A stretch of DNA of 35,020 nt from a virus (IMGVR_UViG_3300015370_000032:1-35020); one strand, 5' to 3'. Shown: positions 25,798 through 34,391, numbered from the stretch's first letter. The notes: generated by a model from the sequence alone, not told the origin. Translations and numbers: made by a program.

Positions 25798-27438
25798 TTA
25801 TTTTGACCATAACCCACCAGAATCAGAGGGATTTCCGTCTTTTAGGACCTTCTCAAGAATGTCCGGCTTAACCTCCAGGCCAAAGTAGGTGACAGTGCCT
25901 TTCTTCTCCTTTTTGAAGTGGAGCTTGAGCCCGTCTCCGAAGTTTCTGGCGTTTGGCGGGCTGTTGTTGACGTTTTCTCGCCACCATGCCCGGAAAGCGG
26001 TGTAAAGATTGGTGGCGTTCTCCTGGAGGTGTTTGTCCTGGAGACAGCAGGCCTCCACGAAATCGAGGATCTGATCTTCGCCCCGCTTGTATGCTGCGGT
26101 CGGCTCCTTGATGCTGTCCGGAGTGGCCAGCCCTTGCTGCTGGAATAGCAGCGCCCCCTCTACCAGCCAGCCGAGAATTCCGGAGGCCTCGGCCAGCAGC
26201 TTCTCTTTCAGGTTTGGATCCGCCTTTTTCTCGTATGGCGCCTTGGGATCCTCCACGAACGAAAACGGGAAGGGAATTATCTTGGCCCGGTTGAAGAAGC
26301 CGTGATCATCCGCCGGCGCATGCGGCGTGTAGTTGGTGAGCAGGAACATGGTATGGCTGGGAATGAACTCTGTGAAATCACGATCCTGCAGGCCTCGGCC
26401 CTTGAGTTTGTCGCCGCCGGCGTATCGCTTGACCGCGGCGGTCGCAAAGCGTTGCCCTTTTTCGGTCTCGCTGGCGAATACCGGCCGTTTTCCCTTGAGG
26501 TCCATGATCTCCGGGGTCGGGCTGCCTGCCGCCTTGGCAAACTTGGTGGCGATCAGCATCTCTGACTGGATGGTACCAGCCACTTGGCCAAGAACGGAAA
26601 GCACAACTTCCTTGATGGTCCCCTTGCCGTTCTGGGAGTGTTCTCCGTGAAAGATAGGAAAGACCCGGACACCGAGATCCGCGCCGATGATTGAATATCC
26701 CAGGAGGCGCTGGAGGTAGTCGATTATGGTCGGATCCACCAGCACCTCGAGGAGAAAACTTTTCCAGGCAGCGCACTTGGCGGTGATGCCTTGGTATGCG
26801 GTCGGGGCGACGATGGTAATCAGATCTTCCGGACGGCCGTCTCGGAGGAGGCCGGTGCGTAGATCCACCACGCCGTTCTTCACACCCAGAAGAAACGGGT
26901 CCTGGTCGAGCTGATCGTAAGCGATCACCAGCGGCTGTGAGTTGGAGGTGGCCAGGTCCAGCACGTTCTTGCGGCCTCTGCCGGTTCGGAGTCTGCTGCA
27001 GCGTTTGATTATCGCCTCCTGTTTTTTAGCCAGCCTGGAAACGATATCCTTTTTGTTTTCGTCCCCATGAAGACTGAGCATTTTCTCTTCGACATCGGCC
27101 AGCTCGCGGAGGTATGCCTGGACCACGTCTTCAACCGCATCAAGAGAGCGGTTTGTCTTATCGACTTGCCAGTGATGGCCGGTAAAGGCATACCATGTCC
27201 CAAGGGTATCAACGTTTTTGGCGTATTTCTTGCGGTGGAGCGCGCAATAAATTTCAGAGTCGCCCACTTCGTTCTTGGCCCGGCAATCGGTAATGAACTC
27301 AAGTGGCAGTCCGGCGACTCCTTGAGGGGCATCCGTCTGCGCCGCATCGCGCTCGGCATCCGCCCGCTCCTGGCTCAGTCTCTTGATTTCGTCCATATCC
27401 GAGGGGAATTGGTTCATATCGCCATCATTTTCGACCAC
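25798..27438 (-). CDS. P4-family D5 helicase (phage/plasmid primase C-terminal type)
   Basis: D5_N LLGVKNGVVDLRTG, Walker A G...NGKGT, ASE, LLTNY.P, IIPF; C-terminal wHTH. Confidence 0.93.
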   Translation of the reverse strand: MVENDGDMNQFPSDMDEIKRLSQERADAERDAAQTDAPQGVAGLPLEFITDCRAKNEVGDSEIYCALHRKKYAKNVDTLGTWYAFTGHHWQVDKTNRSLDAVEDVVQAYLRELADVEEKMLSLHGDENKKDIVSRLAKKQEAIIKRCSRLRTGRGRKNVLDLATSNSQPLVIAYDQLDQDPFLLGVKNGVVDLRTGLLRDGRPEDLITIVAPTAYQGITAKCAAWKSFLLEVLVDPTIIDYLQRLLGYSIIGADLGVRVFPIFHGEHSQNGKGTIKEVVLSVLGQVAGTIQSEMLIATKFAKAAGSPTPEIMDLKGKRPVFASETEKGQRFATAAVKRYAGGDKLKGRGLQDRDFTEFIPSHTMFLLTNYTPHAPADDHGFFNRAKIIPFPFSFVEDPKAPYEKKADPNLKEKLLAEASGILGWLVEGALLFQQQGLATPDSIKEPTAAYKRGEDQILDFVEACCLQDKHLQENATNLYTAFRAWWRENVNNSPPNARNFGDGLKLHFKKEKKGTVTYFGLEVKPDILEKVLKDGNPSDSGGLWSK

Positions 27439-27589
27439 GCACTTCCCCCTGATTCGCCTAAATGCTCCACATTGATCCTGTCATCGCTAACTGGTCAAAA
27501 GATTGACATAATTTGCGCATCCGACAATGGATTCGCTATTTTCCGGTTTTCCGGTCTTCTGAGAATTTTTTGTGTACCAATAAACCGGG

Positions 27590-27629
27590 GGGGGCCGACC
27601 CTTGTGCTTTGAATGGCCCCAAAGGACCC
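27590..27629 (-). other. Putative cos site (cosQ + cosN-like)
   Basis: Minus strand CGGGTCCTTT (lambda cosQ GGGTCCT, 27623-29), then 21 nt later GGGTCGGCCCCC, resembling the lambda cohesive end GGGCGGCGACCT. Confidence 0.55.
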
Positions 27630-27819
27630 GCGACCGTCATGGACCTTTGGCGTGACTTTTTGAAAAGGGGGGAGGGGGGCGAGCCGGGGAGTGGCGACTC
27701 CGAAAGAATGTACGGCCACCGGAACGGTCGGCACCTTCAAGGCTACGACGAACGACGGTGGCTGCCCGAAGTCTGCGGCTTGCGATAAGCGGTGGCCCTC
27801 TGATTGATACATGCCAGAG

Positions 27820-28077
27820 TTAAAGGGCGGCATCATGGGTGACCTCTTTCTGCGTCTTGGTTGTCGAGCTGGATGGCCACATGAAAAAGCCCACCACGGA
27901 AAAGCCGAGGTAGGCGACAAAAAGACCGGCCTGTGGCCACAGACCACGGGAGGCATTGGCGATGACCCAACCGATGTTGCTGAATATCCAGACAGTGAAC
28001 CCGGCACGGCGACCAACTGCGTTCAAAGCGGCTCCGATCACGCTGGCTGCTGTCAAGGCCCAGGTGGGATCGATCAT
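27820..28077 (-). CDS. Small PnuC-like membrane protein
   Basis: Three hydrophobic segments, GF.VW..SNI.W pattern; ATGA coupling. Confidence 0.65.
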   Translation of the reverse strand: MIDPTWALTAASVIGAALNAVGRRAGFTVWIFSNIGWVIANASRGLWPQAGLFVAYLGFSVVGFFMWPSSSTTKTQKEVTHDAAL

Positions 28078-29399
28078 GCAGCCAGCTCCGCAATGCTAGA
28101 GCGGATGGCGATCACCAGTGCGGCGATGTAGTTGATGGCTCCCAACAAGTCTGCGACAGCACGCTCCGGATGATCATCACAACCGCGCACCGCCTCGAGT
28201 ATCTTCTTGCGGGCCTGACCTGCAGGGAACCCGAGGCCAACTGCCTGCGTCTCACGCATGATGGGTTGATTGTGGAATGGCTGATCATCGGCGTGGCGTT
28301 CCAGGCCCTTACCGTTGGCAGCCTGGTCAATTGCATCCTGCAGTACTGCGGTTAATGCCTCGTAACCGTCTGGAGCCGGCAATGCTGACCACTTGGCGAC
28401 GATGCTCTCCTCTGTTGCTGCCGGTGTTTCCAGGGGATGGGTGGCCAATAGTCGGTTGAGACTGGCAATTTCTTGCCGGAGTTCAAGGTTCTTGTTGATT
28501 TCCCTGATAGCCATGGCAGATTCATCCTTGCGTCGTCTGGCAACCTGGGAAAGGTTGTCTGCCGCACCAGCACCAAGGATATCCGCCACTTCGCCGCACA
28601 TTGCGGAGAGGATGTCATTCTCTTCTGTTCTGTCTTTCAGGCGCATAACCAGCTTGTCGACATGCTCCGGGATCTCATACCAGGGAGTATTGTCATCAAG
28701 GCCCAGAGATCGGCACAGTGCCAGCCTCAAGGTGGTCAAATTTTTCAATGGATCGTTACACTCCACCTGCCCGGCCACGGCGGGGGGGGCCGCAGGAGAT
28801 GACGGCACCATGACCGGGCTGGTGGATACCTGATTAGTTTTTTGTGATGCTTCGGTCTGGATATTTTTGTCGCCACCGGCCCGCATGGCCAAATGCTCCA
28901 GCAGGGCTGGCCCTGCGAGGTTCTGCTTCGCTACCTTGGCGCTGTTGCATCCACCGCAGAGTCCACGGCATTTAAGCGTTCTGATATTTCCACAGCATGG
29001 GCATTCGCTCGCCTGGCCAATCTTGATCAGCGGTCGACGCCAAAATTCCATCAAATCCTTGAGGGTGATCGTCTGGGCCTCTGCATGCGATATCGGCTTC
29101 AATACCTTGGCCAGGGCCGGAGGCAGTGTATATTTCGGCTCGGCACCTGTCCTGGATGTTTGCTGTGTCCCCATGATCATCCCCTCCATGCTTATTATCT
29201 CAAGCTCAACAGGCCTGTTCAGGCCCTTGCATTCACGGCAATATGCGGCGTGTGGATCCGTGCTGCTTACTTCCGCCAGCTTCTTTATCCGTTCCAGTCG
29301 AGCAGCACAGGCCCGGGAAAAACCGGATTCCGTCATTCGAGTTGCAAGCCCGCATGTGAGTGGGCATTGGCGCAAGATTGGCCGGGCAATCTCAGTCAT
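28074..29399 (-). CDS. Multidomain phage protein (Cys motifs, coiled coil, C-terminal GKG.ERHA...GQA.KK...LLGAINY domain)
   Basis: Long ORF; start placed at ATG 29399 overlapping the upstream stop; alternative internal SD/ATG at 29174. Confidence 0.7.
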   Translation of the reverse strand: MTEIARPILRQCPLTCGLATRMTESGFSRACAARLERIKKLAEVSSTDPHAAYCRECKGLNRPVELEIISMEGMIMGTQQTSRTGAEPKYTLPPALAKVLKPISHAEAQTITLKDLMEFWRRPLIKIGQASECPCCGNIRTLKCRGLCGGCNSAKVAKQNLAGPALLEHLAMRAGGDKNIQTEASQKTNQVSTSPVMVPSSPAAPPAVAGQVECNDPLKNLTTLRLALCRSLGLDDNTPWYEIPEHVDKLVMRLKDRTEENDILSAMCGEVADILGAGAADNLSQVARRRKDESAMAIREINKNLELRQEIASLNRLLATHPLETPAATEESIVAKWSALPAPDGYEALTAVLQDAIDQAANGKGLERHADDQPFHNQPIMRETQAVGLGFPAGQARKKILEAVRGCDDHPERAVADLLGAINYIAALVIAIRSSIAELAA

Positions 29400-29491
29400 C
29401 ACCCAATCTCCCAGGCCTTGCATGCCTGCCCGGTCCGGCTTGGGCATCCCCAGGCCGTGCGCCATTTACAGTTGCCGCACCGCTCAATCAT
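29399..29491 (-). CDS. 30-aa four-cysteine microprotein
   Basis: MIERCGNCKWRTAWGCPSRTGQACKAWEIG; overlaps the upstream stop, and its TGA overlaps the next ATG. Confidence 0.6.
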   Translation of the reverse strand: MIERCGNCKWRTAWGCPSRTGQACKAWEIG

Positions 29492-29717
29492 TTTTATTTC
29501 CTGGTTGCGCCGCCCGAGAATCGGCATTAACGGCGGCAAGGAGAACAGAGCGATCCATCGTGGGTGAAGCTGGGCGACTTGATGCAGAATTCAGGATGCT
29601 GTTGCTCGTGGCGCAAGTGAATGCCACGGCACACCATCCGACCACCAGGAGAAACACGGTCATGCCGAGACCGATTGCTATACATTGCAGGCGCTCTTTC
29701 AGTGTGCATTCGCTCAT
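29484..29717 (-). CDS. Small membrane protein
   Basis: One TM segment (CIAIGLGMTVFLLVVGWCAVAF); ATGA coupling. Confidence 0.55.
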   Translation of the reverse strand: MSECTLKERLQCIAIGLGMTVFLLVVGWCAVAFTCATSNSILNSASSRPASPTMDRSVLLAAVNADSRAAQPGNKND

Positions 29718-29902
29718 ACAATCACCATTGGTTGGTTTGATTGATCCCTTGCTTTCCTGTATTCCTTCACAACCCGCAAGGCACTGCGCGGGCTATCTAC
29801 CTTGCAAACCAGATGCACCACCCTGCGCTCAAGCTCAGTGGCGCCAATAGAGTCCAGGGCCAGATCAACAGTGGGTGGTGATGATGGCCCGGGGTCGTTC
29901 AT
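29714..29902 (-). CDS. Hypothetical protein (62 aa)
   Basis: ATGA overlaps at both ends within the early operon. Confidence 0.55.
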   Translation of the reverse strand: MNDPGPSSPPTVDLALDSIGATELERRVVHLVCKVDSPRSALRVVKEYRKARDQSNQPMVIV

Positions 29903-30195
29903 TGCGCCCGCTTTCCTTTCAGCAGCCGGTAATTTTTGACAAAATATTGCCAGTCTTCCGGCATCACAAAGCAGTTGCGGCCAAGCTTGGTAATCTTGAT
30001 CCAGCCTTGCTGACGCCAGTACTTGATGGTGTTTACCGGCACCTTTCCCTTGGTGATCTTGACGATATCCTCCGGGAAAGCGTACATCTCCGGAAGGGAT
30101 TGCTGGTGTTGCATTATTACCGCGACCTGCTTGGCCATTTCTCCGGCCAAGGCGGCAAGGTCGCCGCGGGTTATGGTCACAACTTCGCCGCTCAT
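29899..30195 (-). CDS. Excisionase-like winged-HTH protein
   Basis: VPVNTIKYWRQQGWIK..KLGRNCFV..EDW pattern of HTH_17/Xis proteins. Confidence 0.7.
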   Translation of the reverse strand: MSGEVVTITRGDLAALAGEMAKQVAVIMQHQQSLPEMYAFPEDIVKITKGKVPVNTIKYWRQQGWIKITKLGRNCFVMPEDWQYFVKNYRLLKGKRAQ

Positions 30196-30746
30196 GCCGC
30201 CTGCTCCTCAGGCTTGTGGTGCCCGTTGGCGATGCACTTTGCCTGCTGCCGGTCGTAAATTTTCTTGAAGTCAGCGCTGCTGTGAGCCCCGGAAAGTATG
30301 AGCTGATACTCAAGGATTTCAATGGCCCGCTTGGCGTCTATCACCTGTTCCATGCCAGCTTCAAATATCTCCATGTAGTCAGGGCGGCTTTTGAAATCTG
30401 CATCTCCGAACCGTTCAGTGAGGCGATCAAGAGCATCTGCTGCTTCAAGCATCTCCTTGCGCAGCTTGTTCGCGATAATTGCCGGTTCCGGTCTGATGTT
30501 GTTCAGATCTGGAAACTGTTTTATGAAAACATGCTTGCGTACAGGGCACTCCTGACAGTGATGCACCAGTATTGAAAGATCGTTGAGGGAGTCGGCAATT
30601 TTGCACAATGTGTCCGGATCGTATGTTTTCGGCTGCCCGTTTTCATAGCCTGAGAGCGTTCCTTTTGTCAGGCCGACAGCTTCACCAAGCTGATCAAGTG
30701 ACCACCCGCGTTTATTTCTTGCTTTTTTTATGATGTCGCCAATCAT
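30192..30746 (-). CDS. Cro-like XRE HTH regulator with C-terminal helical extension
   Basis: IKKAR..RGWSLDQLGEAVGLTKGTLSGYENG; first gene of the lytic operon, divergent from the repressor. Confidence 0.88.
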   Translation of the reverse strand: MIGDIIKKARNKRGWSLDQLGEAVGLTKGTLSGYENGQPKTYDPDTLCKIADSLNDLSILVHHCQECPVRKHVFIKQFPDLNNIRPEPAIIANKLRKEMLEAADALDRLTERFGDADFKSRPDYMEIFEAGMEQVIDAKRAIEILEYQLILSGAHSSADFKKIYDRQQAKCIANGHHKPEEQAA

Positions 30747-30759
30747 TTCCCATCTCCAT

Positions 30760-30901
30760 GTTTAACTATTTCATACTTTATCGTTTAAATATTTCAAACA
30801 GTCAAGAGAAAAGTTTGAAATATTTACACCGAAGCAGATCATTTCGTGTGTTTCTTTTGTAATAACAAACTGTTACACATATCTGTTTGATTATTTCAAA
30901 C
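30760..30901. promoter_or_regulatory. Immunity region: four 17-bp operators plus leftward promoter
   Basis: GTTTAACTATTTCATAC (30760), GTTTAAATATTTCAAAC (30783), GTTTGAAATATTTACAC (30813), GTTTGATTATTTCAAAC (30885); minus-strand TTGACT(30805-800)-17-GATAAA. Confidence 0.8.
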
Positions 30902-30905
30902 GTGT

Positions 30906-30933
30906 TTGACATGGTAAAAAAATGGCGTAATAT
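30906..30933 (+). promoter_or_regulatory. Repressor promoter (likely leaderless transcript)
   Basis: TTGACA-16 bp-TAATAT; ATG at 30940 sits at the expected +1; no SD. Confidence 0.6.
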
Positions 30934-30939
30934 TTTGAC

Positions 30940-31578
30940 ATGACCACAGAAAAAGAAATAAGAGGCAGGCGGATCAGGGATATAAGAAACCGATTGGGTT
31001 TAAGCCAGGAGCAGCTTGGTAAAAAGCTCGGTGGGGTTTCAAAAGGTTCAATCTCCGGATATGAGTCTGGCGATGTCAACCCAACCCCTGAAGCACTAAT
31101 TAAACTAGCCAGAATGGGCGAGGTCACCCTTGACTGGATTCTCACCGGGCATGATCAAGGTGAAAATCCAATGGCTGAATATCAAAAAAAGAATGGTGAA
31201 ATTGCCGCTACTATTGAACCTGGATCACGTGCTGGCCGAAATCGCTCATCAGTGATTGAGCCACCATCTGTCAATGCCCTGAAAAAAACTGCATCCATGC
31301 CGGTTGAAGATCTGATCGACGAATCTTTCAGCATGTCGGAGATGGTCACCATGACCATCGAGGTGCTGGAGTCAAAAACTGTTTACAGGTCGGCCCTGGC
31401 GTCAAACGTCCGGGCGTTTCATCAAGCAGTGAAAATGGAGGGGGAAATGGCAGGGGTAAAAGAAGAAGTGCAACAGATGCGAGCGGAGCACAGAGTGGAG
31501 ATGGAAGAACTGAAAGAGATGATTCGTTCTTTAGGTGGTCAGATTCCGCAAAAAAGAGACACGGCGGCAAACTCTTAG
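30940..31578 (+). CDS. CI-like XRE repressor (no recognisable S24 peptidase domain)
   Basis: IRDIR..LGLSQEQLG..LGGVSKGSISGYESG...LDWILTG; divergent from Cro. Confidence 0.88.
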   Translation: MTTEKEIRGRRIRDIRNRLGLSQEQLGKKLGGVSKGSISGYESGDVNPTPEALIKLARMGEVTLDWILTGHDQGENPMAEYQKKNGEIAATIEPGSRAGRNRSSVIEPPSVNALKKTASMPVEDLIDESFSMSEMVTMTIEVLESKTVYRSALASNVRAFHQAVKMEGEMAGVKEEVQQMRAEHRVEMEELKEMIRSLGGQIPQKRDTAANS

Positions 31579-31736
31579 GCTGGTGGTGCCTATGGCCTCA
31601 TCGGTTGTTGTTAGGAAAAAACTTAATACTGAAAAAATACTGAACCTGCAAAACACAGAGAAGCCATTAGCAGGTAATTTCTCATGGCCAAAGGGGTGGG
31701 CATGGGATGATCGGCTTATGAGCGTGATGGGGGAAG

Positions 31737-32543
31737 ATGGAATTGGCAACTATACCAAAAAGAGCTGAGGACCGTATAAAGACAGGGATAAAGGCATTTT
31801 CCAAAGTAATCGAAGGCGCAAAGGCCCGGGATGTAAATGAGTCTGACACCGTTACCATCGTGGTGGATATGCTCTCAACCATCTGCGGCTACGACAAATA
31901 CACCGAGATCACCAGCGAGTATGTGATCCGTGGAACCTATTGCGACCTTGCCATTAAGGCCGGGGATGACAAGCCCACCTTCTTGATTGAAGTCAAGGCC
32001 ATCAATATTCCTCTCAAGGAAGCCCACCTGCGGCAAGCCATCAACTATGCCGCCAATGAGGGGATTGAGTGGGTCATGCTTACCAATGGTGATCACTGGC
32101 AGGCTCACCGGGTAATCTTCGGCAAGCCGATAAAAACTGAGGTGGCTTTTGATTTCAGTTTTTCCGACACGGCCAAGCTGCCGATGTTGACCGACTTCTT
32201 TTTCCTGATCAGCAAGGAAGGTGTGAGCAAGTCCGCCATCGCCACATTTCACGAAGAATGCCAACTTACCAGCAAGCACATGGTTGCAGCCGCACTCATG
32301 ACAGAACCAGTGGTGGGTGCGGTGCGGAGGCAGCTCGTTGCCGTCGGAAAAGGCGTGAAAATTACCGACGATCAGATTCTTTCCACCCTCCAAAACTTGG
32401 TGCTCAAGCGTGATGTGCTGGAGGGGGAAGAGGCTGTCAAAGCAAAACGACGAATGACAGCAGCTAATCGTCCTAAGAAAAAATCTGGCCAGGGAGCTGA
32501 AGTCAAGTGTGTTCCGGAAACAACGGCGCAGCCGGCAACCTAG
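31737..32543 (+). CDS. Stand-alone type I restriction HsdR N-terminal domain protein (moron)
   Basis: NESDT, CDLAI, IEVKA, QAINYA, LTNG nuclease motifs; no helicase, HsdM or HsdS nearby. Confidence 0.88.
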   Translation: MELATIPKRAEDRIKTGIKAFSKVIEGAKARDVNESDTVTIVVDMLSTICGYDKYTEITSEYVIRGTYCDLAIKAGDDKPTFLIEVKAINIPLKEAHLRQAINYAANEGIEWVMLTNGDHWQAHRVIFGKPIKTEVAFDFSFSDTAKLPMLTDFFFLISKEGVSKSAIATFHEECQLTSKHMVAAALMTEPVVGAVRRQLVAVGKGVKITDDQILSTLQNLVLKRDVLEGEEAVKAKRRMTAANRPKKKSGQGAEVKCVPETTAQPAT

Positions 32544-32580
32544 CATGAAGTCCGTTGTCATTGGGAGTGGGAGACAAACC

Positions 32581-33015
32581 ATGCCTGGTCGAGTCCTAAT
32601 TCTTACTATTGTTGCTTTATCAGTTGTGGGTTGTGCTACGACTGTACCCACGATGGCAGAGCTGCAGCCTGTACCGGAAAATAGAGTTTTTGCCAACCAA
32701 TTACAAACTGAAGGCAATGCTGAACTGGCTGTTCTCAGAGACAAATCATTCTCTGGGTCAGCCGTTGACTACCGGCTATTTGTTGATGGGAAATTATCCG
32801 CTCAATTGGCATGGGGAGAATTCGTGATTATGTCCCTACCAGCCGGAGAACGCATCATTGAAATTCGCCATCCCAGTCCTTTAGTGGGAGCAATCGGTGA
32901 TTCAGCGACATTACGCGCGGAGCCAAATGTCACATATTACTACCGGGTCAACTCCGATTCGGGGCAAATTCGACTCCTCCGCACAACGGCTGAATCAGCA
33001 ATGACACCACCCTAA
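32581..33015 (+). CDS. Lipoprotein, DUF2846-like (moron)
   Basis: Signal peptide with lipobox VVGC; RD....GSA..Y.LFVDG....L..GE...LPAGE pattern; SD GGGAG. Confidence 0.75.
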   Translation: MPGRVLILTIVALSVVGCATTVPTMAELQPVPENRVFANQLQTEGNAELAVLRDKSFSGSAVDYRLFVDGKLSAQLAWGEFVIMSLPAGERIIEIRHPSPLVGAIGDSATLRAEPNVTYYYRVNSDSGQIRLLRTTAESAMTPP

Positions 33016-33069
33016 TTTTTTAGGGAGTAAATATATAATTCCCCGAAAAATAGAATATAAGGCTAGCCG

Positions 33070-34290
33070 ATGCCAGCAAACATCAAAAAACAGGGAAGCA
33101 AATGGAGGGTACGCTGGAGGCTATACCTTCCAGATGATTCCTGGCTGGAGCGGTCACGCTTGACCGCCGATAAAGGGCGGGCCAAAGAGGTCAAGGCCAT
33201 GGCTGATCTTATCGAGATCAAGACCAGACACCAGGAGAGCACCGCCGCGGATCTCGAGTACTGGCAACGCCATCGCCTGATAAGCAGGCAGGATGCCGAG
33301 CTGCTTAATACATTCAAAGATGCCAGAAAGACATTGGCTCAAGCTGCCGAGGAATACAAACAATCAAACGATTGCGGAAAAGAAGAGATGGAGGCGAGGG
33401 CGGTGCGCATCGATCGCGTGGTGGCGATATTGGGTCCGGAAAGATCGGTCGGCGAGATCCGCCACTCTGATGGCGAGCGCATCAAGACTGTGTTGCGGGA
33501 TGGCTGGAAGGACAACAAAGACGCAAAGGAAAAGAAATACAAGGCGGTAACCATCAACAAGCATCTGCAGGACGGCAAGCGCATGTTCACCCTGCAGATG
33601 GCCGAGGGTGTCATCGAGCACAATCCCTGGGGGGTGCTCAAGGGCGCGAAGATCCCTAAAGAGGAAGTGATAGACCATACTGTTCTCAGCCATGATGATA
33701 TTGTCAAGGTCCTGGCCGAGGCCGAGATCAGCGACAAACGCACGGATCCTGGAAACCCGGCCAGCATGGGAGGAAATCTCACTCTATTTCTGCTCATGTT
33801 TTTCGGCACCGGCCTGAGGCGCAAGGAAGCAATGGCCGCGAAGATGGAAAACATCGACTGGCAAAGTCGGAGCCTGCGACTGATGGAAACCAAGAATGGC
33901 GAGGATAGGTCTGTCGGTCTCGGCGATCGGCTATACTTATTATTGCTGAACAGAAAAGGGGAAACCGGCTACATCCTGCCGCGATTTTATCTCAATTCGG
34001 TGAGCAGGGCAATCAGTCGACATTTCAAGCGGTGCGGATTCAAGATGCGCTTGCACGACACCAGGCACACATACACCACAAGGCTGCTCGACCTCGGAGT
34101 GCTCCGGCACAATGCCATGGGACGAACCGGACACAAGGACTCCAGAATGCTGGATCACTACACCCACCCGATCTTTGGCGAGGTTTACGAGGACCAGTTT
34201 CCATTCATGCAGCAGGTCAAGGGGGATGAAGCAGAAGCTGCCCAGCAACCACCTAAAAATAAGAAAACTGTCTTGCGAGTGGTAAAATAG
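33070..34290 (+). CDS. int: Tyrosine recombinase/integrase
   Basis: Catalytic R (TGLRRKE), K (TKNG), HxxR (HDTRH), GH, Y; next to the att site. Confidence 0.96.
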   Translation: MPANIKKQGSKWRVRWRLYLPDDSWLERSRLTADKGRAKEVKAMADLIEIKTRHQESTAADLEYWQRHRLISRQDAELLNTFKDARKTLAQAAEEYKQSNDCGKEEMEARAVRIDRVVAILGPERSVGEIRHSDGERIKTVLRDGWKDNKDAKEKKYKAVTINKHLQDGKRMFTLQMAEGVIEHNPWGVLKGAKIPKEEVIDHTVLSHDDIVKVLAEAEISDKRTDPGNPASMGGNLTLFLLMFFGTGLRRKEAMAAKMENIDWQSRSLRLMETKNGEDRSVGLGDRLYLLLLNRKGETGYILPRFYLNSVSRAISRHFKRCGFKMRLHDTRHTYTTRLLDLGVLRHNAMGRTGHKDSRMLDHYTHPIFGEVYEDQFPFMQQVKGDEAEAAQQPPKNKKTVLRVVK

Positions 34291-34335
34291 TGGTAAGAAG
34301 GCTGAAAAGCCTTGCGAGACTAAATACGATATATA

Positions 34336-34380
34336 CCTCTCACGCCGGTAACACGGGTTCGAGTCCCGTAGGGGTCACCA
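34336..34380 (+). pseudogene. att core: 3' half of tRNA-Glu(CTC), anticodon loop to CCA
   Basis: CT-CTC-AC loop, GCCGG, T-arm ACGGG-TTCGAGT-CCCGT, acceptor strand AGGGGTC-A-CCA; 5' half absent. Confidence 0.9.
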
Positions 34381-34391
34381 AGTGAGAAATC

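Larger units (their letters stand above)
1..34380. mobile_element. Temperate lambda-like siphoviral prophage (right part; continues beyond window start), integrated at tRNA-Glu(CTC)
   Basis: Contiguous head, tail, packaging, replication, immunity and integrase modules ending at a tRNA 3' fragment; no sheath gene seen. Confidence 0.96.

Noticed and set aside
27667-27690. G-quadruplex in G6-A-G6...G4 runs
   Set aside because: Only three G-runs, and no supporting evidence beyond composition.
11597-29465. Longest-ORF starts given by the track (e.g. 11655, 11917, 16683, 18316, 19067, 23582, 29465)
   Set aside because: They overlap upstream genes or lack SDs; downstream ATGs with SDs or stop-start coupling were chosen instead.
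31535-31768. Small ORF between the repressor and HsdR-N genes
   Set aside because: Weak start signals, overlaps neighbours, no recognisable motif; cannot be supported.
31737-32543. Complete type I R-M system
   Set aside because: Only the HsdR N-terminal domain is present; no motor domain, HsdM or HsdS.
34300-34380. Intact tRNA gene
   Set aside because: The 5' acceptor strand, D-arm and 5' anticodon stem are missing; only the att duplicate is present.
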